Assembly (NCBI GenBank): GCA_965649765.1
Contig: OZ287756.1
Span: 45,508,001-45,572,000, forward strand
Length of the DNA: 64,000 nucleotides
Direction of reading: 5' to 3'
Origin: Bispira polyomma
Lineage: Eukaryota
The notes under the pieces are model-generated. The model was not told the DNA's origin. It searched no databases and worked only from the letters and a program-made list of their open reading frames with translations. The position numbers were made by a program, and so were the translations under genes. Of the stretch, positions 12,464 to 24,500 are shown piece after piece; the first letter of the stretch is position 1, and every line of letters begins with the position of its first letter.

Positions 12464-13985
12464 CGATATTAAGTTATTCATAACCAAGAACATATGAAGT
12501 GGAAAATGCATATTATAAATATAGTTAAAACACAATTAACTTTAGATTAAACCTAAATCATGTTACAAACATAAAAACATTTGAAGCATTCCACACTTTT
12601 TATACAAATCACAACAGTTTTAAATATACTGTTTTTGACCACACACCAGCATTCTATCATTTTAGCATTTTTGTCAGTTTTTTTCATCCATTGTCTTCAT
12701 TTTGTAATATCTCATTGCAAGAAGACTTTGTATAATTGTATTTTTGCGACAGTTGCCTTATTGTGAATAAAGTATGTTCAAATAAAAAAATAAATATATC
12801 ATCCAATAATATATAAAAGTCCCACAGTCTCACAAAACAATAGTCCCACAGCCACTGCTGCTGCTTCTGAGTGTGGTTCCGGCCCTGTATTATGTACGTG
12901 GTCACCAGTTGTTTTCCAGTCAGGATCTCAGCCACTGGGTTGGTTTAGGTTGTACACTGCTGGTGCTAGACTTGCATAGTGTCTAGCATGTTGAGGAGGC
13001 CAGATGTATTAAGGCCCATGCCAGATGTGTTGAACCCAATGAGGATAGAAGTGTTTATCCCCCAAAGCTGGCTTGTGACAGGTTGAACTGGTGGGTTTCG
13101 CCAGACATGGTCTGCCAGTCTGAGGCTACCTACTGTATCTAGTCTGACTGGATCCTGGTGGTGTAGGGACTGTTGCTCACTCTGATGAGCTTCTGAGGAG
13201 GCTATGTTTGTCAGCTCATCCATAAACATGTGTAATGTTAAAGACTGAACCAAATATAATCACCAAACACAGAAATTTTAGTTAGCAGTTTTTGTATTAT
13301 TGTTTGTTTAAATGGCGACAGGTGGTGACACTGTTCGTGGATTGTTTGAAGAACTGATTAAAGATCTGTCGCCGCTAGCTGGGACCATTGAAGTCTGGGT
13401 TTCAGGTCAATGAAAGGTCAGACTGGTTGTAGTCATATGTCAGATTGCTTCGGGATGGCTCCAGAAACCTGTTCAGAGTAGTTTTGGAGTGGTGGCACAA
13501 CCTAAAGAAGCCATTGTTGATTAATTAAAGATTTCTAAAGACCTTTATAGTCATAAAAAGGACTCACTTGTAAACAGGCAAACTTGGCCAAGGTCAAAAG
13601 GATTGTAGGATCTACAGAGATCCATGAAGATCTGCGGCAACCATTTATAACCTGTCGGCTGAGTTATTAAAGATTAATATCCCTGTATCAATATGCTGAT
13701 CATAGGCCCCGATTGTTCCGATTATAAGATTAGGGCAATTATCGGGAGGTCGGGGGTTCCAATGACTTATTGTTTCCAATCGGAGAGGTTGCAGAGGTTT
13801 TCATGTTTGATAACCTTTGTGAGCAGGGGTGAATATAGGTGGTACATCCGATTAATCTTCTATCCACCTATTTTCTCAATCTTCCCCTAAATTGTTTGAT
13901 AATTCATCCCGATTTATGTTTCCATCACAAAGATAGGTCAAGGGCTATTATGTGCTATTTTTTCACCCCTAAGTGATCGTGTCAT

Positions 13986-14780
13986 TTGACAAAAATGAAT
14001 CCTTTGTTTGCCCCGATCAAAAAGATAGGTTGGCCAAACAAACGAGACCATGAATGGCTATACAACAAAAGAGACCAGAGATACAAAGACACCCAGGCTA
14101 AAGACATGTTGTGGCTGGAGTTCTTCTCGGGCAAGGGATTAGACATGGAAGAAGTAAAGAAGTGGTTTCAATCACAGAAGACTATCTATTGCAAGCTGAG
14201 CATCAGGAATTCTGGTTTGGCAACACCGAGTTGACAGAGAGGCAGCACGGGGTCAAGAACATCTGGCTTCAGACCCGTCGCATCCGACTTTTTGTCCCAG
14301 TCAGACACAGACCAGGACGCTAAAATAGAGATGGAGAATTCCTTGCTAATAGCATTCCCTAGGAGTACTTCAAAGCAGTTTTCAGTCTGTGCCAGATCTA
14401 CCCTTAGGCTGCACTGTCTACTGAGCTGAGGGACATGCTGGCCACGATGCAGGAGACCATCTCAGGCTTCTTCAAAAACTTCATCAAGCCCAAAACTGAG
14501 GGACTGAGGAGGTATTTCTCAACTGATTGACATTGGAGGCCGAGAAATTGCCAGATGAACATTTCAACCACTTCAGAAGGGAGGCATTCAACCTTGTGAG
14601 CACTATCCAGGACCAGGTGGCCAGGCCACAACCAGTGCTACAGTTCCAGCAACATCAGCAGTACAAGTTACAAACCCAGATGCAATAATAGATGAACCCA
14701 CCCACCTTTGTACCTAAACAGCAACCACTGCAGTACATGCACCAGCAACCAGAGAAAAGAGTGCCACGATCTCTTCAGAT
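13986..14780 (+). pseudogene. Harbinger MADF-domain ORF remnant (right-arm copy)
   Basis: ORF 13986-14234, HEWLYNKRDQRYKDTQAKDMLWLEF...VKKWFQSQK. Confidence 0.75.
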
Positions 14781-14859
14781 CTCACTAGGGCATTGACAGG
14801 GCTAATGGTTTCAAGTAGGTGGATTGATTGACCGGTCCTATGTTTTCTCCTTCAGTTCG

Positions 14860-15500
14860 GATCTCTAAAAATCTGGGCATCCGATCATGATCCACTTGAA
14901 CCCCATCTACCAGGACAAGCATGATTATTGAATGGTACCCTTTGTAGTTGAAGAACTCACTCCCACTTTGCTCGGGCATCTCATAGTAATGTGTTTGCCG
15001 TCTATGGCCCCCAGGGTATTAGGAACGTTCCACGTATTCCAGAACACAGACTCAACCTTCTTTCAGTTGTCGAGGCTGGTGGGGCATGTGAGGAATTCTT
15101 CCTGGTACTCGATGCGTAGGACTCCCCAGGAGCCAAATGCCTCAAAGTGATGGCTATCTTGAGTCCAGGGGCCAGTGCCTTCCTGTAACAGGTGGTGTAT
15201 TTCTGTATCCTGTACCACACCCTCCTCTCCATCTCCTGAAATACATCAGGGGGCATCCTGAGGAAGTTGCGGTACGACTGAAGATCTTATAGCTTGGCCT
15301 TGCCCTTCATCTTCTGGCCACCTGAGCCTGAAGCTAAGGCTACATGGACAGTGATTCCCTTTGCCTTCCTAATCATCTTACTCTGTCTTTAATGTCCATC
15401 ATAACCATAAGTTGTGCTTGCATGTAAGAAATTACAGCCCTAAGTCCATTTGCAAGATTTGTTATTCTTTGTGGAATCATGTCGATCACTTGACTTCTGA
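14860..15500 (-). pseudogene. Harbinger transposase remnant (right-arm copy)
   Basis: ORFs 15002-15256 and 14785-14979 (GSEFFNYKGYHSIIMLVLVD). Confidence 0.85.
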
Positions 15501-15779
15501 ATTAAAACAGCCTGGATTCATGTTTAAACCCTCCTTTATATAGTGTTTGATGGAAGCGGTAACCGCCAAATGTTATTACCAAGATTTGGATCTGGATCAG
15601 CTGTTCCATTGGCCAACTTATCTTAGTGTTCATCGGCTAGTTCGTAACTCCATTGAGACCTATCTTTTGGATCATAAGTAGTTCCAACAACTTATCTTTA
15701 GCCATCAGGGAGGTCGGGAACAAAAAATATGGTCGTGAATACAAATTGGGCTGATTGATTGTAATGCTAACTACTTATC

Positions 15780-16596
15780 AGAGTGGTCCATGTATCTGTA
15801 GCCAAAAATCGTGTTTCAGTAGCTTACGATCATATCACCTAAGCCTAGGATCTTCTTTCAGCAGCATAAGACCATGTCTGAGTGGCTGAAGACCATGTGG
15901 CAGTAGCCTAATATTATGTTTCAGTAGCGTAATATTATGTTTCAGTAGTCTAAGACCATGTCGCACCAGCTTTAGACCATATGGGACTAGACCAAGACAA
16001 GGTCACAGTAGCCTAAGACTATGCATCTTTAGCCGATGATCATGTTTCAGTAGTCTACGGCCATGCCCTGCAGCGTCAGAAATTTAAGTAGCCTAATACT
16101 ATGTGTCAGTATTGTCAAACCATGTGACAGTAGCCTAAGATAATGTCACACCAACCTAAGACCATGACAGTAGCATAAGACCATATCACACTAATCTAAA
16201 ACCATGACATGTAGCCTCATATGCACATCCCGCCTAAGACAATGTAACACTAGCCTAAACAAGTCTCCATAGCCTATGACAATGTCTAGGTAGCATAAGA
16301 TCACACCACAGTAGTCTAATATCATGGCACAGGCACCTAAGACCATGTCACAGTAGCCAAAGACCACTTAACTGTGGCCTAATACTTGTGACAGGTGCCT
16401 TAGATGGTATTTATGTAGCCTAAAACCATATACCTCAGTAGCCTAAGGTAATGTCACAGTAGCCTAAGATCCTGTAAAAATAGCCTAAGACCATAATATG
16501 ATAATCCAAGACGATGTCTAAGTGATGCACAACCATGTGACTGTAGACTTGGATTGTTTATGTAGCCTAAGTTTATGTCACAGTAGCCTAATATGA
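15780..16596 (-). repeat. 21-bp tandem array, inverted relative to 592-1430
   Basis: atgtcacagtagcctaagacc units. Confidence 0.9.
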
Positions 16597-17175
16597 GGCG
16601 ATATTGGCGACAATGGATGAAATATCCCATATGAGATGTATTTGCCGGCATCTGCGCCAGATTGTGGCTTTTGATGTAATGTTGGCTATGTGTGTTAAGG
16701 GTTTATTTAGTAACAAAAATACATAAAAAATGGGTCCCCCGAAATGCCACAGTGCATGTACCATAAGCGGGCCCAGACACAAATGAGTAGTTTTTAATGA
16801 ACTGTAACTTTTACCCAAAACAGAAGGAAATTATAGTATTTGAGGTGGCTGCTTACAAGCGAGTTAGCCATGGTGATAGCAATATCTAGTGACCAGTGGT
16901 TTTTTATTTTTACAGGAGTGACAAATGTTGCCGATGTCGGTGTCAAATGCGAAACCTGAGTCAAAAGTAAGACCAAGGTTCTTGCTCTTATTAGAAGGTT
17001 GTATGAATTTGCCTAGTAGTGTATAGTAGGGAATTATTGATCTTAGTACTTACTCACTGTGTTTTTTCTACCAAATACAGAAAATCTTATCCCTCATGAC
17101 ACAGTCTTACCATCACCAACACCCTGTCTGGTATCCACCCATTTCAGTCCCTACCACTACCAAGTCAAGAATAAG
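16597..17175 (-). mobile_element. Highly decayed L2-type LINE RT C-terminal relic (3' flank of YR element 1)
   Basis: Minus strand gives KNLGLTFDSGFAFDTDIGNICHS and DIAITMANSLVSSHLKYYN, matching RNLGVVFDSEFSF...AITVANALVSSRLDYCN of the L2 at 21518-22231. Confidence 0.6.
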
Positions 17176-17685
17176 TAATCTATGAGGGTGTATATATTTT
17201 TATTATATAAAATATATGTCAAATTGTGTGAAATATATTTTCTAAACTATTGACTATATACATTTCATGTTAAAGTATACAATAATAAAGATGACAACAT
17301 GCAAATTAAGCTGAGGTCAGATGTCTGATATCCAGTTTAAGTTTATTCTCAGAGTCAATTACAATTTAAGTACATTCAGTTTAAGTTTATTCTTAGATTC
17401 AATTTCACTTTAAGTTTTGACTTAAATACATTTTGAATTTCAGTTTAAGGTGCTCTTAAACTAATGATGAGACACCTGAGTACAGAAGTTTGAGGTGACC
17501 CTAACTTGAATGGTCACCAGAGTTAAGTTAAAGTGTATCAATTTAAGGTTAAGTTAAGCCACAAGTGTGGATTCTGGATTTAAACCTTCTATCCTCAATT
17601 GACCTCAACTTTTACTTTTGACTTACTTTTTTATATATATCCTAGATACAGAAAGCCTCAAGCCCAAGATGTAGGGGTAGAAGCA

Positions 17686-18680
17686 CTAGATATTTAACAG
17701 TCTTTGGAAGGTGGTGGCCACCTCAGTATTATTAGTATTTGCTTGAATATACGTCCACACACAGTCCAGGTGCCATGCTCTTTGATTTGTTGTATAGGAA
17801 CCTTGGCCTGATAAGCCAGAGTGGCACCTGAACGTCGGAATACATGGACAGCCCAATTTTTCATTAAGTCGCGCTAAAATTTTCCTTACCCGCGAATCAG
17901 TGACCACCTGCCTGCCTATGACTGTATCACACTGAAATAAAGGGTCATTCTTACCAGGGCTATACAACTTAAACAGGGTTTTCAACGCCATGTAAGGGCA
18001 AAGCAGTGAAGATCTTAATTTAGGCAAAGTTATTATGTGGACTTTGGACGTTTGGACGTTTTGGACCATTTTAACAGAATTTTAACAAAGCCTTTTTCAA
18101 AAAAGACATCCCCACCTGTAAAATGACGTGAAGCGTCAAACTCCTTCACCGAATATGGAGCTAAGTTCGAAAGTCTGAAAAACCCAAAGAAACCTGTGAG
18201 GAAGATAGCCTTGTAGACCTGTGAATTTTTTATGTGGCCACAATGCCTTATCAACTGTTCCAACGTAGTTACATTCATTATGTTTCTTTTCACAATCACA
18301 TGTGTTCTGTTAATTTTAAGAGATTTGATAAAATATTTAATTTTTGGGTGATGAAACACTTCAAAAGACAGATCATATACTATACTCATGGCTTTTAACG
18401 CTGAAACATAGTTAGCCACCATGTGGACAGAAACTTTGTTTTTAACCAAGTACTCTAGAAATGACATGATATTTTTTACTTCTAAATCTTGTAACACCAA
18501 ACCAGTATACATACATAATGCAATAAATGTTCTGAAAAGACTTAAAGAACACTTTCTGGTCTTGGGCCTGAATGCCATGTGCAGCCTCTTACTAGCTCCA
18601 GACTGTAAGGACTGTAGGGCCTCAGATCCTACAACACAAAGCATAGTATCTATTTTTACTGATAATATAAGACAGAACAA
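17686..18680 (-). pseudogene. Tyrosine recombinase of YR element 1 (frameshifted)
   Basis: SAM-like N-domain then IFLTGFFGFFRLSN (catalytic R), LKWSKT, CPYMAL, TFR..G and DCVWTY (catalytic Y) over two ORFs. Confidence 0.85.
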
Positions 18681-18799
18681 TTTAACAACAATAAAAATTA
18701 CAATGTGTCATCTATTTGTGTCAACTCTATTGATGTGTCTAGCCATACTGGGCTGTCTACCAGTGTGTTTAACTCTACAATATTGCTCACAGAATTTGT

Positions 18800-20270
18800 T
18801 CATCTGGATAGTAAGTCAGCTGTCCTGTTATTCTTACCCAGCACATGTATGTATTGTAAGTCAATGTCTGCTGTTGCCGCCAAATACCACACATTTCTAG
18901 CACATGCTGATAAGTAAGGGTCTCTGGCCTTGCCTGAATTGAGAACATGAACTACTGCCTGATTGTCACATTTTATGAGAACTTTGGTGCCTTGGCAATG
19001 GATTCCAAATAATCTCATGGCCACCAAGATATTTATCATTTCCAGATGAACAATTTCTAAATTTTGGAAATTCAGAGGAATGGGTAAATGATAAACGAGA
19101 TTCTTCCATTTACCCCCTAACCCATGCAAACAAGCGTCTAACTCTAAAGTGTGATCTACTCTTTTATGGCCATACATTGATATACCGTTGTAATCAGAGA
19201 GAAATTTCTGAAACCATCTTAAGTCACATTTGAAGTCTTCCATTAAGTCAACTTTGTTTGGATTCACAATGCGCCTCAGTACCTCCAACATACGATTAAG
19301 AAAACACCTCGCTGGCTTAACACATTTGTGTATGTTGAGTAACTGGCCCAATAAAGACTGTCTTTTTGTACAACACTCTTTTGTCTGCCATTGCTTAACT
19401 GTTGACTTAATCTCAGTTAATTTTTCTTCTGGTGTTGCTACAGTTCCTTTGACTGTGTCTATTATGATATCTAAACACACTGCTTGCGTACATGGTTTTA
19501 CCAGTTTCTTTTGACTGATGGTCAGTCCTAATTTTTCCATTATGTCATATAAGCAGTCAAATGAGTGTTTTGCTACCGTGGGCATGCCGTACCCTAAAAA
19601 ATCATCGATGTAGTTAATGACACTAAAACCATGTTCACGCATGATATAACGCACAGCGTCACTGACGCGTTGGAAAAATTGACTTCCATGGCGACTCCCA
19701 AAGGGGAGACAAGTATCAATGTAGGTACCTTCCCACTGCAAACCTAGCAAGTCATAATCCATTGGGTCTATTTTTAAATGACGAAACACGCGACTAACGT
19801 CTAGCTTGTAGATATGCGCCCCTCTGCTTGGTAAGCTCCCTAGTCAAATCGTCAATGGTAAGAAAATTTAACTTAAAATCAGCACCTAAGTAACTGTCTC
19901 TATTGACTCTTGCATTGACTGAAACCTCTTTAGGCCAGCTCAGATCGATTATGACATGCCTATTGGCAGAATTAGGTTTATGTCTTGTCATAAATGGACA
20001 ATGGTGTCCATTCTTGATTGGATTTTTTGAAAAAGGACCAATTAAGGCTCCATAACTTTTTTCTTCTTTGATATATGCACTGACATTCTTTGCATGTTCC
20101 TGAGCCGACTTATGATTATCCATTTCACATCTGAGTTGGCAGTTTCTATTGAAGTCCAGAGGAAAGCCAAATTCTATGAATTGAATAAGTTTGCTATCCC
20201 AATAGCCATTAAGCATTTGACGCCATTGTTCTATGTTCAATTGTGAATCTACAGGTATACGAGCCCCCAT
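18800..20270 (-). pseudogene. Reverse transcriptase / RNase H of YR element 1
   Basis: FGFPLDF, RHVIIDLSWP, LPFGSRHGS..FQRVSD, NYIDDF, LELDAC..GLGG, HLEMINI, CDNQAVV, NRTADLLSR; one frameshift near 19790. Confidence 0.9.
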
Positions 20271-20839
20271 AAAGTTTGGCCTGCCCCCCCCCTTTCACCT
20301 CATTATGTCTTTTAATTGGACATTCAATACCACTATTGTTACTGTCCGTGCTGTCAGGTTGTGTAAGATCACTCAATGGAATGAAACCAAGGGGAGGGGT
20401 TTCCCTCACTTCCCCCTTCGGGTAGTCGTGCTTCTGTATTTGTTGGTCCTTTGTTAAACCATCAGTACATGTCTTTGGCTTGAGCTGACTTACTTTTTGT
20501 GGTACTATTTCAGTGCCAGTCGTGTGTCGTGTGTTTGTCTTAAGTCTATTTTTCACTACGCTAGCATATGATCTAGCTCTGACATCACAACTTACAGCCC
20601 TAAATGTACACATTACATCTTTAAGTGACCGTATAAGCAGACTGTCTACATCTTGTTTCCTGACTCTACTTCTGTAGAAGCACTTGTCACTATATTTGGT
20701 TTTATACTGAGACCATTTAGCATTTTTTACATTACCTTTCTTGAGACTAGTCAAATCTTTAATCTCATTACTACCATTTGCTGGTTTTTTCAGTTTACTA
20801 AAAACCTTAACTGTGTTACTACAACTGATTCCTGACTGA

Positions 20840-22383
20840 CCTTTCTTCAACTGTTTCTCCACAGTAACTGTTGATGAAGTCAGGAAAATTATACTGTCAC
20901 AGGCCTTTGCTATATCGCTAAGTTGGTAGAACGCGTGGCTGCCTTACAGATCAAACAACATGTTGACGTCAGCAATCTGTTCAATAAGTATCAGTCAGCG
21001 TACAAAAGTGGTCATTCTACTGCACTTCTCTGCATCAAAAATGATGTTCATACATCTTTAACCAAAGGTACGCCTACTGCCTTAATACTGCTGGATCTGT
21101 CAGCAGCCTTTGATACTATTGATCACAAAGTTCTTCTTGAGTGCCTATCATCTTGGTTCGGTATCAGCGGTATGGCGCTTAAGTGGTTCACGGCATATTT
21201 GTCTGATAGATTCCAATCAGTCAAAATTGGCAATATCTTATTTGACCCAACATGGTTAAAATTTGGTGTTCCCCAAGGTTCCGTCCTGGGTCCCATTTTG
21301 TTTTCCATGTACACCACTCCACTCAGCAAGATTATTGCTGCATACAAAAACATAAACTTTTACTTCTATGCTGATGATACCCAACTGTACATCCACCTTA
21401 CACCTGACTCTGCCCAGGCAGCTTTCACTTCCTTACAGAACTGCCTTGTTGATGTACAACACTGGATGGCAGCAAATAAACTCAAGCTGAACCCTGAGAA
21501 GACTGAGTTTATTTTGTTTGGCTCCAAGTCGAAAAGGGAAAAATTGTCCAGCTGTTTTCCACTTGACATTCTTGGCAGCAGGTTTTTTTCCAGCTGACAA
21601 AGTACGAAACCTCGGTGTGGTGTTCGACTCTGAATTCTCCTTCTCTAACCATGTTGCATCGGTGTGTAGATCATGTTTTGTTGGCCTCCGTGATTTCAGG
21701 CGCTATCTTTCCAAATCCACTGCAATCACTGTTGCCAATGCTTTGGTCAGCAGCAGGCTTGATTACTGCAACTCTCTGTTCCGTTCCTTATCTCGTAGTG
21801 ATCTCAGACGCCTTCAGAATATCCAACACTCATTGGCACATATTGTGACCAAAAGTTCTAAATTTTTCCACATTACTCCTGTACTCAAGTCACTGCACTG
21901 GCTCCCAATAAAATATCGTGTTGCTTTCAAAACAGCAACAATAATATATAAATTTCTAAATTCTGGATTACCCACTTATTTTAGCCCCCATCTATCCAAA
22001 CATACATGCTCAGTCAGGACAAGGCGCAGTAACCCTGATAAATTATACCTTAACATTCCCACTTTCGACCCTCGCATCCACAAATCCAAAGTTCAGTTCA
22101 ATCACTGCCTAGCTCATGATGGCTCCCTCATTTGGAACAGCCTACCTGATCATGTTCGCCTGGCTCAAAATTTCTCCTCTTTCAGGAGTAAGCTGATGGC
22201 CTATCTTTTTGAACAGGCTTTTCCACCTTAGTCGTCGCAACCATTTACGGTAGTCTCCTTGGTTATGACTTCCATCCGCCCACTATTTTTGATTTTTGAT
22301 TAACGTTTTGGATTTGTTGCGCCTTAGAATTTGTTGTACAAAGATTAAGCGCTATAAAAGTACGACTAGATTAGATTAGATTC
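20840..22383 (+). mobile_element. 5'-truncated L2-type LINE (RT and 3' end) inserted antisense into YR element 1
   Basis: QSAYKSGHST, LLDLSAAFDTIDH, GVPQGSVLGP, FYADDTQLY, LKSLHWLPI. Ends with agcgctataaa...(TAGAT)n tail; frameshift in the T-run at ~21585. Confidence 0.92.
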
Positions 22384-22432
22384 TTACCCAGTTTCCAGCT
22401 GCCTTCTGTACTAGGATTCTGAAGACAGCTGA

Positions 22433-23558
22433 TTACTCGTTTTTTGGCTGCTGACTATTTTTCTTTACAAAAAGACAATCTTTCTCTGGATGGGACAGAA
22501 CCCTACCTGTAGCCAGACAGTGAGCACAAATATGCTTATGTAACTTACCACCAATTTCATGGTCTTTTGTATGTGTGCACATACCTGTTTGATAAAACTT
22601 ACAAAACCAATGTTTTTTGCCACTCTGATCTTGCTTTTTATCCCAATTTTTACTGCCAAAGGTATTACTGGTATGTTTCTGAGCGGGAGCTCTACGAATC
22701 CTGTCGATTCGATTGCTGTCATCCCATGTGAGGGTGCCGCTTTCCATTTCACACAGCAGGACAACATGTGCTGCCTTGGCGCCCTGCCATGTAAAATCCG
22801 TGGCGTCCTCCATGATGTCTGACATGTACATAACCATTTTATCACGTTTGTCACTGTCTGACTGTTCCAAAATATTTTTGCATAACCCCTGAACCCATTG
22901 GGTCAAAGACAATTGGTCATAAGACATTCTATTTGTGGTAACCCCTCCTAAAATTGCCTCCTGGGGCCACGCTACCTTATTTTTCACTACTACATCAACC
23001 GCCCCCCCACCCCCTTTTTGACTTGATCTTACTTGAATTATCGTTACCTGAATTTTGACTTTCTTTCTCCAACTCCCTTAATCTAGTATCAACCCGACGC
23101 TGGAAGGTAGTGGAACTTCTCAAAGTGGTTAAATTTGGCAATACCTGCTCCTCATCTAAGGATTCAGAATCTGAGGTGTCTTCACTAGTACTACTTTTAC
23201 ATTTCTGACTTATAACAGTTCTACTTAACTTGCCACCAGTCCTCTTGTCCTTTGTGTGCCTCGTCCTGGATTCAGCTACTTGATCTTCCACTGCGTCCAG
23301 CCTTGAGTTCACTCTCTGCAGTTGTTGAAGGATCTGCTTCTGGATGTCCTGGTCTGTATCGCCCGCATCCTCAGCCGACTTCTTCCCACCGCGACTCTCC
23401 CGCACGTGTGTTTTAACAGGAGTGTCCTTCACTACACAAGCTTCTTCTAGCACAACTTCTGTGTCAGTCTCTATATGAATATTCCTAGTACATTTCTTTC
23501 CTGTGGGGGGCACATGTCTATTACCACACTTTCTAAACAGCCCTTTTGATTGTGGCAT
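22433..23558 (-). pseudogene. gag-like ORF of YR element 1 with C-terminal Cys/His zinc-finger region
   Basis: WPQE...YDQLSLTQWVQG...WQGAKAAH...FCKFYQTGMC...HICAHC...HPEKDC; frameshift in a G-run near 23000. Confidence 0.8.
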
Positions 23559-23972
23559 TTTTTAAGTCTTTTGACAGTTTTTACTTTGCAATTTATGCAT
23601 ATAGTCTCTGAAACGAGAATAAAACAGCCCACAGTCCTCCTGTCTGACCACTCCACAACTTGATTATATCTCGGCTAGTAATATAGTAAATTATGTTAAT
23701 TTAGAAGTGATATTCGTCCCTTTATAGCCAGCCCGAGGGCTAATCAAGCATGAGGTTGTACTGAGACAGAAATCAAAAATCAGAAAATTCCTGCCACACT
23801 GTCTGTGGCTAAATTCAAACTGAACTTATTTACCAGTAAGTTAACCGTCCTGCTGTGGGCCTTGCCCAATCAGATTCAATTACCTGTATTCTCTCTTAAC
23901 GACATGGGGGTTGTTTACTGACTTAAGTTTTTTATACATGTGTTAGTAACAGACTGGTACCCTCATAGATTA

Positions 23973-24500
23973 AGGTCGTGGAGGACTGACAAGGGCAATG
24001 CCTTAACACTGCCCCCGATTCTGTCCGATTTTCCCACTGGGCTGGTTTTTCTCAACCCTGACCTGGTGCTGTTCATGTGTACAGTATCTCTTCATTATAA
24101 TAGCCACCTCTGATGTTGACAGCCAGTTTTAAGCCTGTGTAATGTTTATAGGACTGATATGTAATTCAAGTTTTATAATTTTATTCCCTTCACACTTAGG
24201 TGTTTATCTAAGGTGTCATTTTATTCGACAGTGTAGGGCTAATAGAAGTTCGGCTAGATGTGTGAATGGGAAGTATTTTGCTAGGTGTGATGCAAGTCCC
24301 TAGCAACTTTTAGACATTACTTGTATAATCTTGGATGACTGTTAGGGTCTTGGTTAGTTCAGGCCAAAGACAGTGTAAAGCATGGGCCTGTTTCTTATAC
24401 TTCCACCGCATCTCTTTTTAAGAATGCCACGGTGGTTCAGAGCTCTGAGAGACAAGAATTCCCTCTACTAGGCGAGTTAGTGCCGTAGGTGCCATAAAAC
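23973..24500 (-). mobile_element. Possible upstream part of the same decayed L2 relic (5' flank of YR element 1)
   Basis: LWPELTKTL resembles LWRELNNVL at ~8480, and IALV..LHDL at the junction resembles ALILLDL. Very degenerate. Confidence 0.35.

Larger units (their letters stand above)
12549..16596 (-). repeat. Right arm of the large inverted duplication
   Basis: Reverse complement of 678-4510 (roughly 90% identical by eye). Carries ~255 bp (15511-15765) absent from the left arm. Confidence 0.92.
17176..23972 (-). mobile_element. Ngaro-like tyrosine-recombinase retrotransposon 1 (gag - RT/RNase H - YR; no methyltransferase seen)
   Basis: gag ORFs 22995-23558 and 22433-22987, RT/RH 18800-20270, YR 17686-18680. 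Perfect 14-bp inverted repeat TAATCTATGAGGGT (17176-17189) / ACCCTCATAGATTA (23959-23972) taken as provisional ends. Confidence 0.85.

Noticed and set aside
17686-18680. Phage/integron integrase or prophage
   Set aside because: The recombinase lies directly after gag and RT/RNase H, the layout of eukaryotic DIRS-order retrotransposons.
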